Shown: positions 11,101 through 21,377 of the stretch, in pieces | Layout of the letters: each line of letters begins with the position of its first letter | Numbering within the stretch: position 1 is the first letter of the stretch | Origin: Mobula birostris | Lineage: Eukaryota | Direction: 5' to 3' | DNA length: 64,000 bases | NCBI RefSeq assembly: GCF_030028105.1 | Contig: NC_092383.1 | Location: 66,167,426 to 66,231,425, forward strand | Notes under the pieces: generated by a model | Database searches by the model: none | What the model saw: the letters and a program-made list of their open reading frames with translations, nothing else | Told to the model about the DNA's origin: nothing | Made by a program: the position numbers and the translations under genes

Positions 11101-14100
11101 ATGAGTGACCCTACCAAAAGCCAAAGCACAAGACTCTGACTCCAGCCAACATAGCTCTCTGGGTCATTGAGGCAAGCAAACCTCCAAACCATGAGCCGTG
11201 GTCCTCTTGGAGGTACTATTTTTTGAATGGGAAATAAACTTGAATCCTATTTACCTGTCCAAAATGACAAAACCAAAACTAAAATGAAATGATGAGCTCA
11301 TATATTGTTCTGGCAAACTGAAACTAATTGTCCATTTATTCTCCTATTTTGTATTTAATGAAGCTTGCAAGAATTTGCATATTGGAAAAACATTTCCATT
11401 TAAATGATAACAATCAGCTTTTACAACAAAGTTGATTGTGAAATGCTTGTGGGAATTTACAGTTTCTGCTTGATTAATACACTTGTCTGTTAGTGAAATT
11501 CTTAGTGAAGTCCTCAGCATATAGAGATGTTAGAATCATGCTGATTAATTTTAATGTTAATGTCAAAGTTTGTTTTTGTGAACTTAATAGAAATTTGGTT
11601 TTCATAGCCCTGTCTAGATTTTTCTTGAACTTGCAGTTTGATAAAATGTTTCTGCATGTGATTTTTCCATGTTTTAATTAGGACTTCTTAGAGCAAGTCC
11701 TTCACACAAATGTTTCCATCATACAGAGCTGTAGTATATATATTCCATGCTAACAGTATCATGCAAAATGTTGCTCCTTCTAATCTAACTTGAATAGCAC
11801 CACTTTCATTGTGTATGTTACTTTGAAATATGTTAGATATTTAGATATATTATTCCCTGCCAAGCAATGGGGGGATTACATCAGTGTGAAAAGTTGGAAT
11901 GAAAGGCTCTGTTTTAATTATATTTAAGCATATTTAATTATGTTTCAGATGTTTAATAAATTTACTCAATACTCAATTTATAAATTTTTTAATCATGATT
12001 TATTAGCATTTTATTGAAATCGCAATGATATAATTGGTCGAATATGTAAAATTAATAATTCAGTGAGTGTAAATACATTCCAATTTTAATTATATAAGTA
12101 ATTACCCTTCAATTCATTTTTTTTAATATTTCAGGAAGCTTTGCTATATGGGGTGGTTTGTTTTCAATGATAGACTGTGGTTTAGTGAAGGTCAGAGGTA
12201 AAGAAGATCCATGGAATTCCATAACCAGTGGAGCTTTAACAGGAGCCATATTAGCTGCAAGAAGTAAGTGAAACTTTTGGTTTCAAAAAGTGAGATCTGT
12301 ATTTGGGATGCAGTCACTTTGGAAATTGTGCATAGCATTCTGATATTTATTCAAAAATGATGGGAAACCAGGGCTGTTAACTTGGAGCAACACACACAAA
12401 ATGCTGGTGAACGCAGCAGGCCAGGCAGCATCTCTAGGAAGAGGTACAGTCGACGTTTTGGGCCGAGACCCTTCATCAGGACTAACTGAAAGAAGATAGT
12501 CAGAGATTTGAGAGGGGGAGGGGGAGATCCAAATTGATAGGAGAAGACAGGAGGAGGAGGGATGGAGCTAAGAGCTGGAAAGTTAATTGACAAAAGGGAT
12601 ACAAGGCTGGAGAAGGGAGAGGATCATGGGACAGGAGGCATGGGGGAAAGAAAGGGGGAGGGGAGCATCGGGAAGATATAGTGAGAGGGACAGAGGGAGA
12701 AAAAAGAGAAAGAAAGCGGAAAAATAATAAGTAAGGGATGGGGTAAGAAGGGGAGGAGGGGCATTAACGGAAGTTAGTCAAGTCACTGTTCATGCCATCA
12801 GGTTGGAGGCTAGCCTCCAACTAGCCTGTCCTTTTCAGGCCAACCTGATGGCAGGAACATTGACTTCTCTAACCTCTGTTAATGCCCCTCCTCTCCTTCT
12901 TACCCCATACCTTATTCATTTATTATTTTTATTTTTTTCCCCTTTCTTCCTCTTTTTTCTCCCTCTGTCCCTCTCACTATATCTTTCTCTGGTGCTCCCC
13001 TCCCCCAGGAGAAGTTTTGCAAGTTTCCAGAATAAAAAGAAAATACAACGTTTAGAAAGGGATAAGAATTTGAGTAACATGGGGACAAATGTGAGAAGAG
13101 AGGTGGTGAATACAGGTCTGAGGATGTTATATTTAAATGCATGCAGTATACAAAACCAGTTAGATGTGCAATTAGAAACTGGCAGGTACAACATTGTGGG
13201 TGTCATAAAATTTTGGCTGAAAGAAGATTACAGCTGAGAGCTAAGCATACAGGGCTAAACATCCCATTAAAAAACAGGCAAGTGGGTAGAAGGGTTGGGC
13301 GGCTTTGCTGGAATTAAATGAAATTAAATCCTTAGCAAGAAGTGACATAGAATCAGAAGATAGAGTCCCTGTGGATATATTTTTTTTTACAAAACTGCAA
13401 GAGTAAAAAGTCCCTGGAGGGACTTTGAATAGTAGCCAGGGGTGGGTTCAAATTGCAACAGGAGGTAGAAAAGGCATGTAAGAAGGCAATCAATGTTACA
13501 GTGGTCATTGGGAATTTCAATATGCAGTTAGACCAGGAAAATCAGCTCAGCACTGCATCGTAAATGATGGAATTTGTAGAATACCTACTAGATGGCTTTT
13601 TAGAGCAGCTTTTGGTTGAGCTCACCAGGGAAACGGAAATTCTGGATTTGGTATTATCCAGATTTGATTAGTGAGCTTAAGGTAAAGGAAATCTTAGCAG
13701 ACATTGATCATAATATGCTAGAATTCAACCTTACAGTTAGAAGGAGAAACTAAAATCATATGTTAGTATTACCATGGAGTCAAAGGAATTGCAGGGGCTT
13801 TGAGAGAGGAGCAGGCCAAAGTTGATTGGAAGGGAATACTAGCAGGGATAATAAAGCGATAATGGCAGTAGTTTCCTGGAGTAACTTGGAAAGTGCAGGA
13901 TCATTTTTATTCCAAAGAAGCAGCAGCATTCTACAGGAAGAATGAAGTAACGGTGGCTGACAAGGGAAGGCCAAGGGAGCATAAAAGCAAACCAGAGGTC
14001 AGAGAATATTGCTAGTATCAGCAGGAAGCTAGAGGATTGGAAGCTCTTAAAGCAAGGCAACTTTGGGGAAAAAAAAACAAGAAAGGGAGAAAATATTAAA

Positions 14101-17100
14101 TATGAAGGTCAATAGTACAAAAATTACTGAAAGTTTTTTCAAAATACCAAGTAAAATTGAGGCAACAGTAGACATCTGATTGCTGGAAAATGCCACTGTA
14201 GAAGTAATGAGAAAGAAATGGCTTATGAATGGTTTTGTGTCACTATTACTGAGGAGATGGTGCTTGGGAAGTTGAAAAGTCTGAAGGTAGATAAGTCCCC
14301 TGGACCAGATGGAGTAAACCCCAGTGTTGTGAACGAGATATAGTGGTGATAGTGAAGGCATTAGTGGTGATCTTTCAGTGAACACTAGAGTCAGGAACGG
14401 TTTCAGTGGGTTGGAAAATTACAAATGTCATTCCTCTCTAAGAACGGAGAGAAGCAAAAGACAGGAAAATATAGACCAGTGAGCCTAACTTAATTTGGTG
14501 GTAAATCACCATTATTAGGGGTGAGGTTTTGGGTACTTGAAAGCACATTATAAAAGCCAGAGTCAGTGTAATTTCCTGAAGGAAAGATCTTGCCTGACAA
14601 ATCTGTTGGAATTCTTTGAGGAAATAACAGACAGAATAGCCGGAGCAGAGTAAGAGGATATTGTTTACTTGGTTTTTCGGAAGGCCTTTGACAAGGTGCT
14701 GCACACGAGGCTGTTAAGCAAGATAATGAGAATGCTACTAGTATAGATAGAAGATTGGCCGATCGGCAGAAGGCAACGAGTAAGAATAAAGGGGCTTTTT
14801 CTGGTTGTATGTCAGTGACTAATGGTATTATGCAGGGATCAGTGTGGGATCATCAACTTCACAAATGTTAATGATCTGGATGAATAAAGGAACTTGGTTC
14901 ATGTCTACTGATAACTGAATTGAGAGCACAGGAAAACCTGTTAAATGCATGGCAGTATGGCCTACATATTTTCTTTTCTAATGTGAATGTAGCTTGCAGA
15001 CACTCCCTTCAGTTTTCCATTGACTAAAGAAATTCAGAAAGATGAGTCTGTCCATATTCTGTACTGCTGAAAGGTTTGAGTGGATTATGTGCAAATTACA
15101 TTTTTGAAAACACAACACTAAAAAAAAACCATGCAATATTAGATCTCAAATAATTCAATGCAAAGTTTTCAAGAGATATGGATCTCATTTTTGCTTGTTT
15201 AGATTGCAAACTGTACTTCCTTTTCAGACCATAAGAACTGTGACCTTTTTCTTAATTGCAAACAGTACTTTGGAAGTTAGAGAAAAACTGCAGATATTAT
15301 GATTTTGTGTTTTTGAGAAATTATCTCATTTATGTTTCTGTAACCTATTACGTGCCCTGATTCTCCCACCACCATCACCCAGTAGAATAACCTAAAAGCC
15401 AACACATCTTTTGGCATATGGGGGGGGGGGGGGGGGAAGTGGAGCACTTTGGGTAAACTTACTCCACTCTTATAATAACTGTACTAAAACCTTGCCTTGA
15501 AGGTTATAATGGTAATGTAATAGCCACTTATTTCATTTCTATCTTCTAAGATCAATTTCTAATAGTTTTATAACATCAAAGTATTGTGAAAGTTGAAAAT
15601 CAGGAATACATTTTTAACTTTAGAATACACAAATCCTCTATTTCAGCTATGTTCTGCACCTTTTTCCAACACTAAAATCACTTAAAACTTCATAAAAGAA
15701 AGTACTATCGTTAAAATAGCTTTGACATGTCGACCTTTAGCCCAATTTATTTTAGAATAGGTTGACTTAGGTTAATTTTAAATGTCCACAGTTGTCATAT
15801 GCAGATCTTACAATAATGGTTCTGTTTGGTTTCAGTACTCATCTTTTAAGTGTAAGCATAAAAATAGCTAACTGTGTAGTAGGAATTTATTTCACATTAT
15901 TGCATTAGGCATAGCTTCTGGCCAAATATCTGCAGAAGTATAAGAAATTTAAACCTAGTATTTCCTATTAGTGTGGATGTAAATCAAAGGTGCCTGTCTT
16001 GTTCCCTTTCTCTTTTAACTTAGGTATGTCCATTTATCTAAAACTGTTCTTGAAAGCTCGCAAGGTCCTCTAAACAATTATTTTGATAGTGCATTCTAAG
16101 CTAAAGGTTTTTCCAACTCTCCATTCTAAGATTATAATGTGTTTAATTTTGCATCAATGCTTGCTTATTCAATATCATTCTGTGAAAATAGCATATTTCT
16201 GTTTTAAACACTATTGAATAACCCTATAATATCCTTTGAAGTGATAACAGCTTGGGTTTTGAGGGTTTTTGGTTTAATTGTAATTTGTTTTTCCAAGAAA
16301 GTAATGTCACAGTAAACCTATGCTATATTGTACCTTGCTTCTATTTTTCCCTCCATTTGTAACAATAATTCACACAGATACAGTTTTATAGTTTTTTATT
16401 TTCAGTATCTCTAAGCATAAAGTAAATCCCCTTTTGTTGTAATGGTTTATTTGAAAATTGGACTCTTGTCATTCAGCTTGCTCCCATTAAAAAATCTTTT
16501 TTATTCATATTTCTTCTAATTAAATTTCATTTGCTGCTGTTTTGCCCACTCCACTATTTCATCAATATACCTAGGCAACTTCTGTAGACTTCTGGATTTA
16601 GTTTTAATGTTTGCACATTTCTGAACTGCTAGTGAATACTGCCTTGATAGTCCTTTTTCACACTATTTATTTATTGTAACTTAGTAATTTTTAAAAATGT
16701 TTTGCAATGTACTGCAGCCAAAAACAACAAATTTCAAGATATCAGTGATAATAAACCTAATTATGTTTCTGACATTGCAGCCAATCTAGACTTCTCTTGA
16801 TTATAACTATGAAAATAATATCCTAAATAATTTTGAAAAATTGCAAGCTCATTCATCGGTTTTGATCCTACTTAGCACTCTTCCTGTATTTTCCAAGTTT
16901 CTAGGCTTGTCCATTTGCAATAGTCTCAAATGCCAAGATGGATGTTAATTGTATTTCTTTTCTGAGATAGAAATCCATTTAAAAAGTACATCTTGGTACA
17001 TTCATTTTAATTCCAACTGTGGCTGCTTTCATTTAGATGGCCCAATGGCAATGGTGGGATCTGCTGCTATGGGAGGAATACTACTCGCCTTGATCGAAGG

Positions 17101-18447
17101 GGCTGGAATAATGTTGACACGATTTGCTTCAACACAATTTCCAACAGGTAAGTTCTAATGCCCATTAAGTGATGCTTTTTAATAAGCATAATCTGAAAAG
17201 TAAATAAAGTTGGAACTACATTAGACAATAAGTTTTTCAGATCAGCTTTTATTAAAACTCAAGTTAGAAATTACAGATTTTAAAGCACGTTGAGGGAAGA
17301 GAATGGAGTCCTGTGACACGGTGAAAAACTTTGGAAATATCATTATGAATTACCATCTGGTAAACCATAAATTACTTGTGTAGTTAATATTTACTTTAAT
17401 CATTTGTATGAGTTAATGGTTCCTACAAATTTTAATGTACACTTTCTGGTTTGAAAAAGGAAACAGCTTTAAAGCAGTCTTGTAGATGAGGAAATCCACT
17501 TTATCTACAGTACATCTAAAACTTGTATTGGCAACTAACCTCACCCATAAACCTGGTCATGCACCCAGAACAATTAAATTGCCTTTGCAAGTTTCTTTGA
17601 GTGGGAATTTGTCAGATACAAATTGGCTCCTTTCAGTATATTTTAATTTACTAAAACTTGTTTGCCAATGTCACTGGTATATTTGTAAAGTCCTACAATT
17701 TGCTCACAGATGGTGAACTCAAACTATTTTTTGTGGTGCTGATTTGTACATTCTTGTACATCGGTATTTTTGAAAGTTTAAAAAAACAGTAAAAGTGTTT
17801 CACTTTCTGAGCAGATTCATTAAAGTCTTCTGCTTGATATCCATAAAGGTTCTGAACACTTCTGCAAATTTGTTCATCAAAGCAAACTTGACAGCCGTAC
17901 TGCTTTAAGCTTGGTAAAAGACAGTTACTGGCTCTCGATTTTAAACTTTCTTGGTTTAGATCTGTTTAGCCACAGCAGAAATAAAAATGAGCTTCTGAAA
18001 TCTTTCAGGCCTGATTTGAACCAAATCTTAGTTTTAAACAGTTCCTTAGTGAATTAAAATTAACTTCTGTAGAGAAGGAAGTAAATTACCCAGTTCTCAT
18101 GTGGTCATATTTATGATTAATGTAAAAATTAACTCTAGCTGTAGTAAAATCAAAATTACAAGAACCATGAGGAAACTTTGCTCTGTGGAAAAGTTAAGGT
18201 AGTAATACATTACTTCTGTAATCTATAAAACTGCAAGAAACTGGCCTACTTTGAACAAAGATTGTGCTAGATCATATTCAAATGATAACCTGAAAAATCT
18301 AACATGAGTAATTTTGCAATTACTATGAAGGGGAAAGTGGACATTGTATAAGATTTATTATTTTGACCCCTTGTAGGTCCACAGTTTGTAGATGACCCTA
18401 CTCAGCTACAAACTCCATCGTTCGGTGAATACAGGCAGTATCAGTGA
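2117..18447 (+). CDS. TIMM17A: Mitochondrial import inner membrane translocase subunit Tim17-A, whole gene span (6 coding exons, 166 aa)
   Basis: join(2117-2142,3915-4014,10415-10478,12135-12263,17037-17147,18377-18447) = 501 nt, all GT-AG, phases consistent. Protein [24 protein letters not shown]...[21 protein letters not shown]...FGEYRQYQ. The C-terminus YRQYQ and the adjacent RNPEP favour paralog A over B. Confidence 0.96.
2355..2525 (+). repeat. Diverged ~46-bp tandem repeat, 4 units, each containing AAGGTCA
   Basis: AGAAGGTCA 2366, TGAAGGTCA 2410, TCAAGGTCA 2456, AGAAGGTCA 2502; units 2 and 3 share ggtcacagRtggaccctt...tgggtgtgg. Confidence 0.75.
2575..2680 (+). mobile_element. Degenerate Penelope-type terminal repeat of a second family
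   Basis: CTGACGA-stem-GAGG(C) resembles a decayed hammerhead core of PLE repeats, followed by tgtacccggcttgaagcctgagaagag. Confidence 0.45.
3390..3560 (+). mobile_element. V-SINE (HE1-like) fragment
   Basis: gtttgtacattcttcctgtg...tttcctctgg...ccagtttcctcccaca resembles the V-domain. Confidence 0.65.
3605..3782 (-). mobile_element. V-SINE (HE1-like) fragment
   Basis: tgtgggagaaaactgaaccacctggagaaaacccatgc is the reverse complement of the V-domain; CR1-like tail. Confidence 0.65.
3915..4014 (+). CDS. TIMM17A: TIMM17A coding exon 2
   Basis: ttag|C CCT TGG...CCA GTG|gtatgt; [33 protein letters not shown]. Confidence 0.96.
4468..4914 (+). mobile_element. Rex1/Babar-type LINE 3' fragment
   Basis: RINKL...[12 protein letters not shown]...[10 protein letters not shown]-terminal coding remnant; ends AATAAA plus (ATGACT)n tail. 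Confidence 0.7.
5155..6450 (+). mobile_element. CR1 LINE 3' part (degenerate RT)
   Basis: [19 protein letters not shown]...[12 protein letters not shown]; 3' end gggcctgtttctgtgctgta. Confidence 0.9.
6540..7330 (-). mobile_element. Old Rex1-like LINE fragments
   Basis: Reverse-complement similarity to 8400-8600 and 9300-9720. Confidence 0.6.
7540..10255 (+). mobile_element. Rex1/Babar-type LINE, degenerate EN+RT
   Basis: [51 protein letters not shown]; many frameshifts; tail ataaattttactttgaa. Confidence 0.88.
10415..10478 (+). CDS. TIMM17A: TIMM17A coding exon 3
   Basis: polypyrimidine tract, acag|GGA ATG...GGA G|gtactt; [21 protein letters not shown]. Confidence 0.95.
10803..11215 (-). 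mobile_element. Short non-coding retroelement (RTE-derived-like) inserted into an old SINE
   Basis: 14-bp TSD CTAT(C/T)TTTTGAATG at 10789-10802 and 11216-11229; family assignment is from recalled similarity only. Confidence 0.6.
12135..12263 (+). CDS. TIMM17A: TIMM17A coding exon 4
   Basis: tcag|GA AGC...AGA A|gtaagt; [42 protein letters not shown]. Confidence 0.96.
12385..13010. mobile_element. Penelope (Neptune-type) 3' fragment with inverted duplication
   Basis: 12385-12810 (-) is homologous to 46159-46600; 12840-13008 is an inverted copy of ~12655-12805. Confidence 0.85.
13050..14885 (+). mobile_element. CR1 LINE, degenerate EN-RT part
   Basis: [10 protein letters not shown] endonuclease start, [23 protein letters not shown] remnants. 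Confidence 0.8.
17037..17147 (+). CDS. TIMM17A: TIMM17A coding exon 5
   Basis: ttag|AT GGC...ACA G|gtaagt; [36 protein letters not shown]. Confidence 0.96.
18377..18447 (+). CDS. TIMM17A: TIMM17A coding exon 6 (stop)
   Basis: gtag|GT CCA...CAG TGA; [22 protein letters not shown]. Confidence 0.94.
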
Positions 18448-18939
18448 CATCCATTTGAATTCATTGTAATTTTGTGGGTGCTGACAAAGCAGACATCCTC
18501 TGAAGAACTTCCACACATGGTCACATGAAACCAAGTTTAAGACTATTTATATTGCAAGGTTAGTATGGTTAAGAAGGCTTTTGTAGAAAATCTAACCCTA
18601 CCGAATGATTTTCTGTGGCCTTGTAATATATGTATATATGTTATATGCCAGACATAAGAAATGTTATGTAATTGAGATTATTTTTGTGCCTGAGTTTTAT
18701 ATGTTCTCTGGTGAATATATTTGTAAACGATCTATTGGCATTATATACGTTGTCACTTCAAACCCAGCAAAATATAATGAAACATCTAATTTTTTTAAGT
18801 ATATGTTGTACACATTCGGGCACTTCATTTAACTCGCAAGACAGATTGCTAATTCATCATTAAAGAACTCAAGGCAGTTATGATAAAACTTTGTTTATTT
18901 ACAACTTCCTGTGTTGAACTTAAACACAATGTGATATCT

Positions 18940-19258
18940 CTCCCCACCCCCTTTCTCTTCCATTCTTCCCTTCTTAACCCTTCTCTACTCCTCAGCTGCC
19001 TATCACTTCCCTCTTGTAACCCCTCTCGTTCTCTTTCTCCTATGGTCCACTCTATCAGATTTCTTCAGCCCTTTACTTTTTCACTTGTTATCTTCCAGCT
19101 TCTCACTTCATTTCCCACCCCCCACCACCACCTTATTATGGCTTTTCCCCCTTCTTTTCCAGTCCAAGGAAGGGTCTTGGCCTGAAACATTGACTGTTTC
19201 TTCCTCCATACAGATGCTGCCTGACCCACAGAGTTTCTTCAGCATTTTGTTTGTGTAA
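18940..19258 (+). mobile_element. Old Penelope 3' terminal fragment in the probable TIMM17A 3'UTR
   Basis: CT-rich tract then gaagggtcttggcctgaaacattgactg...gatgctgcctgacc...cagcattttgt. Confidence 0.7.
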
Positions 19259-19610
19259 CACAATGTGCTAAGTGTGTTTTGATCATAGCCCAAGTCTTAA
19301 TTAATGTAATTTAAAATTCAGGTGAATAACCAGTTGGGGTAAAATATTTTATATTTTACTGTTATTGAAAGGCATGTATTCAACCAACAATGTTTACAAG
19401 GAAAATATTAGAATGACTTTTTTCCATTCTAATATTGTACTCAAGTTTCACACTTTCAGTACTGTGTATGGAACTGTAATTGCATCACACATGCTTCCAC
19501 GAAGAGTTAAATACTGCTCAAGGTGGTACTGTGAAGAATATTAACAAAATGAGATGTTAGTTTTTTTTTTGCTGCTAAATATTGTTCTGGCAAACAAGAC
19601 TAATTGCATC

Positions 19611-19616
19611 AATAAA
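19611..19616 (+). terminator. Candidate TIMM17A polyadenylation signal
   Basis: AATAAA ~1.16 kb after the stop, followed by T/GT-rich sequence; alternative ATTAAA at 18859-18864. Confidence 0.5.
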
Positions 19617-20017
19617 TGAAGTACGTCATTGTATTGATTCTTGTTTCCACTGCTGCCAAATGATTTGATTGAAATGGTCCATAGAAATATGGAAATGTTG
19701 GTACAATGGGTGAGTCTTTCAGGGTCTGGTCTTTTCTCTATGATTACTCTTTCAAGCGTGCTTAACAGCCTAAATGTACTACTAATCTACACATTTTTGC
19801 AAAACAAGGTTTTACACCTGAAAATAGGAAGTTGTGCATCCAAAAAAGAGAAATCACATCTAACAAAATCATGGTGTTTAGCTTGTCATTGAGTCTTAGA
19901 AGGTACAGGACAGGAACAAGCCCTTCAGTCCATCTAGCTGTGCCAATACATTTAAACTATGTACTCCCATCAACCTGCACTGGAATCATAGTCCTTCGTA
20001 CACCTACCATCCATGTA

Positions 20018-21377
20018 CAGGCAGTCCCCGGGTTATGAACGAGTTCTGTTCCTGAGTCCATCTTTAAGTCGGATTTGTACATAAGTTGGAACAGGTACAT
20101 CCGATATTATTTAGCAACAGTTAGTCAAGCGTTTGTCTTAGTATATAGTATATATTTTATCTTTCTTTGCATATAAAACACTTAAGAAATGTATAGAAAA
20201 CATAGAAAATAGGTGCAGGAGTAGGCCATTTGGCCCTTCGAGCCTGCACCGCCATTTATTATGATCATGGCTGACCATCCAACTCAGAACCCTGCACCAG
20301 CCTTCCCTCCATACCCCCTGATCCCCCTAGCCACAAGGGCCATATCTAACTCCCTCTTAAATATAGCCAATGAACTGGCCTCAACTGTTTCCTGTGGCAG
20401 AGAATTCCACAGATTCACCACTCTCTGTGTGAAGTTTTTCCTAATTTCAGTCCTAAAAGGCTTCGCCTTTATCCTCAAACCGTGACCCCTCATTCTGGAC
20501 TTCCCCAACATCGGGAACAATCTTCCTGCATCTAGCCTGTCCAATCCCTTTAGGATTTTATACATTTCAATCAGATCCCCACTCAATCTTCTAAATTCGA
20601 ACGAGTACAAGCCTAGTTCATCCAGTCTTTCTTCATATGAAAGTCCTGCCATCCCAGGAATCAATCTGGTGAACCTTCTTTGTACTCCCTCTATGGCAAG
20701 GATGTCTTTCCCCAGATTAGGGGACCAAAACTGCACACAATACTCCAGGTGTGGTCTCACCAAGGCCTTGTACAACTGCAGTAGTACCTACCTGCTGCTG
20801 TACTGGAACCCTCTTGCTATAAATGCCAGCATACCATTGGTATGTATTTCAATAATTAAATCAGTGCATTGCTTAGTAATAATTGTAGCTTTAATCGGGG
20901 CAGGGCCTTTCACATGCTCTATTATTCTCACTTTATCCTTTACCCTTTAAAATTGTTCTGATCGTTGACCAACTGTAGCTTAACGCTTTTCCAATGACCG
21001 ATGATGTTTCACCTCTTTCCGATCGCTTTATTATTTTCACTTTATTTTCAATCGTGATCGTTTTCCGTCAACGGAACAGAAACATTGCGGATTCAGCAGC
21101 AGCCGTGGGTGGTGGGTCCTGACCTGAGCTCCCCTGGATCGTAAAGTCCACCCACACTGAGACAGGTTAAATGGGACAAGTGGGGGCGGTGCTGACTGGA
21201 AAAGGGTGGGGGGTGGTCAGGGTGAATCTTGCTAAGAAAAATTTAAGCCAAATACAAAGTTATACCCGCAGCAATGTTGACAGTAACGACTTAAAATGGC
21301 GGATGGCGTTCTCCATCCTCTGTTCGTGAAGTGCGAGTTGTTCATAAGTTGAATGTTTGTAACTCGGGGACTGCCTG
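20018..21377. mobile_element. Tigger/pogo-type MITE containing a younger CR1 fragment
   Basis: TIRs CAGGCAGTCCCCGGGTTA... and ...TAACTCGGGGACTGCCTG, flanked by TA at 20016-17 and 21378-79. Confidence 0.88.
20193..20840 (-). mobile_element. Young 5'-truncated CR1 LINE
   Basis: Uninterrupted 163-aa ORF 20284-20775 (YKALVRPHLEYCVQFWSP...); TTTTCTATG-type tail. Confidence 0.92.

Noticed and set aside
15420-15436. G17 homopolymer
   Set aside because: Lies in a decayed SINE-like remnant; simple slippage tract with no evidence of function.
14900-18370. Intronic snoRNA or miRNA in the unique AT-rich TIMM17A introns
   Set aside because: No convincing C/D or H/ACA architecture or hairpin seen by eye; an Rfam scan would be needed to exclude one.
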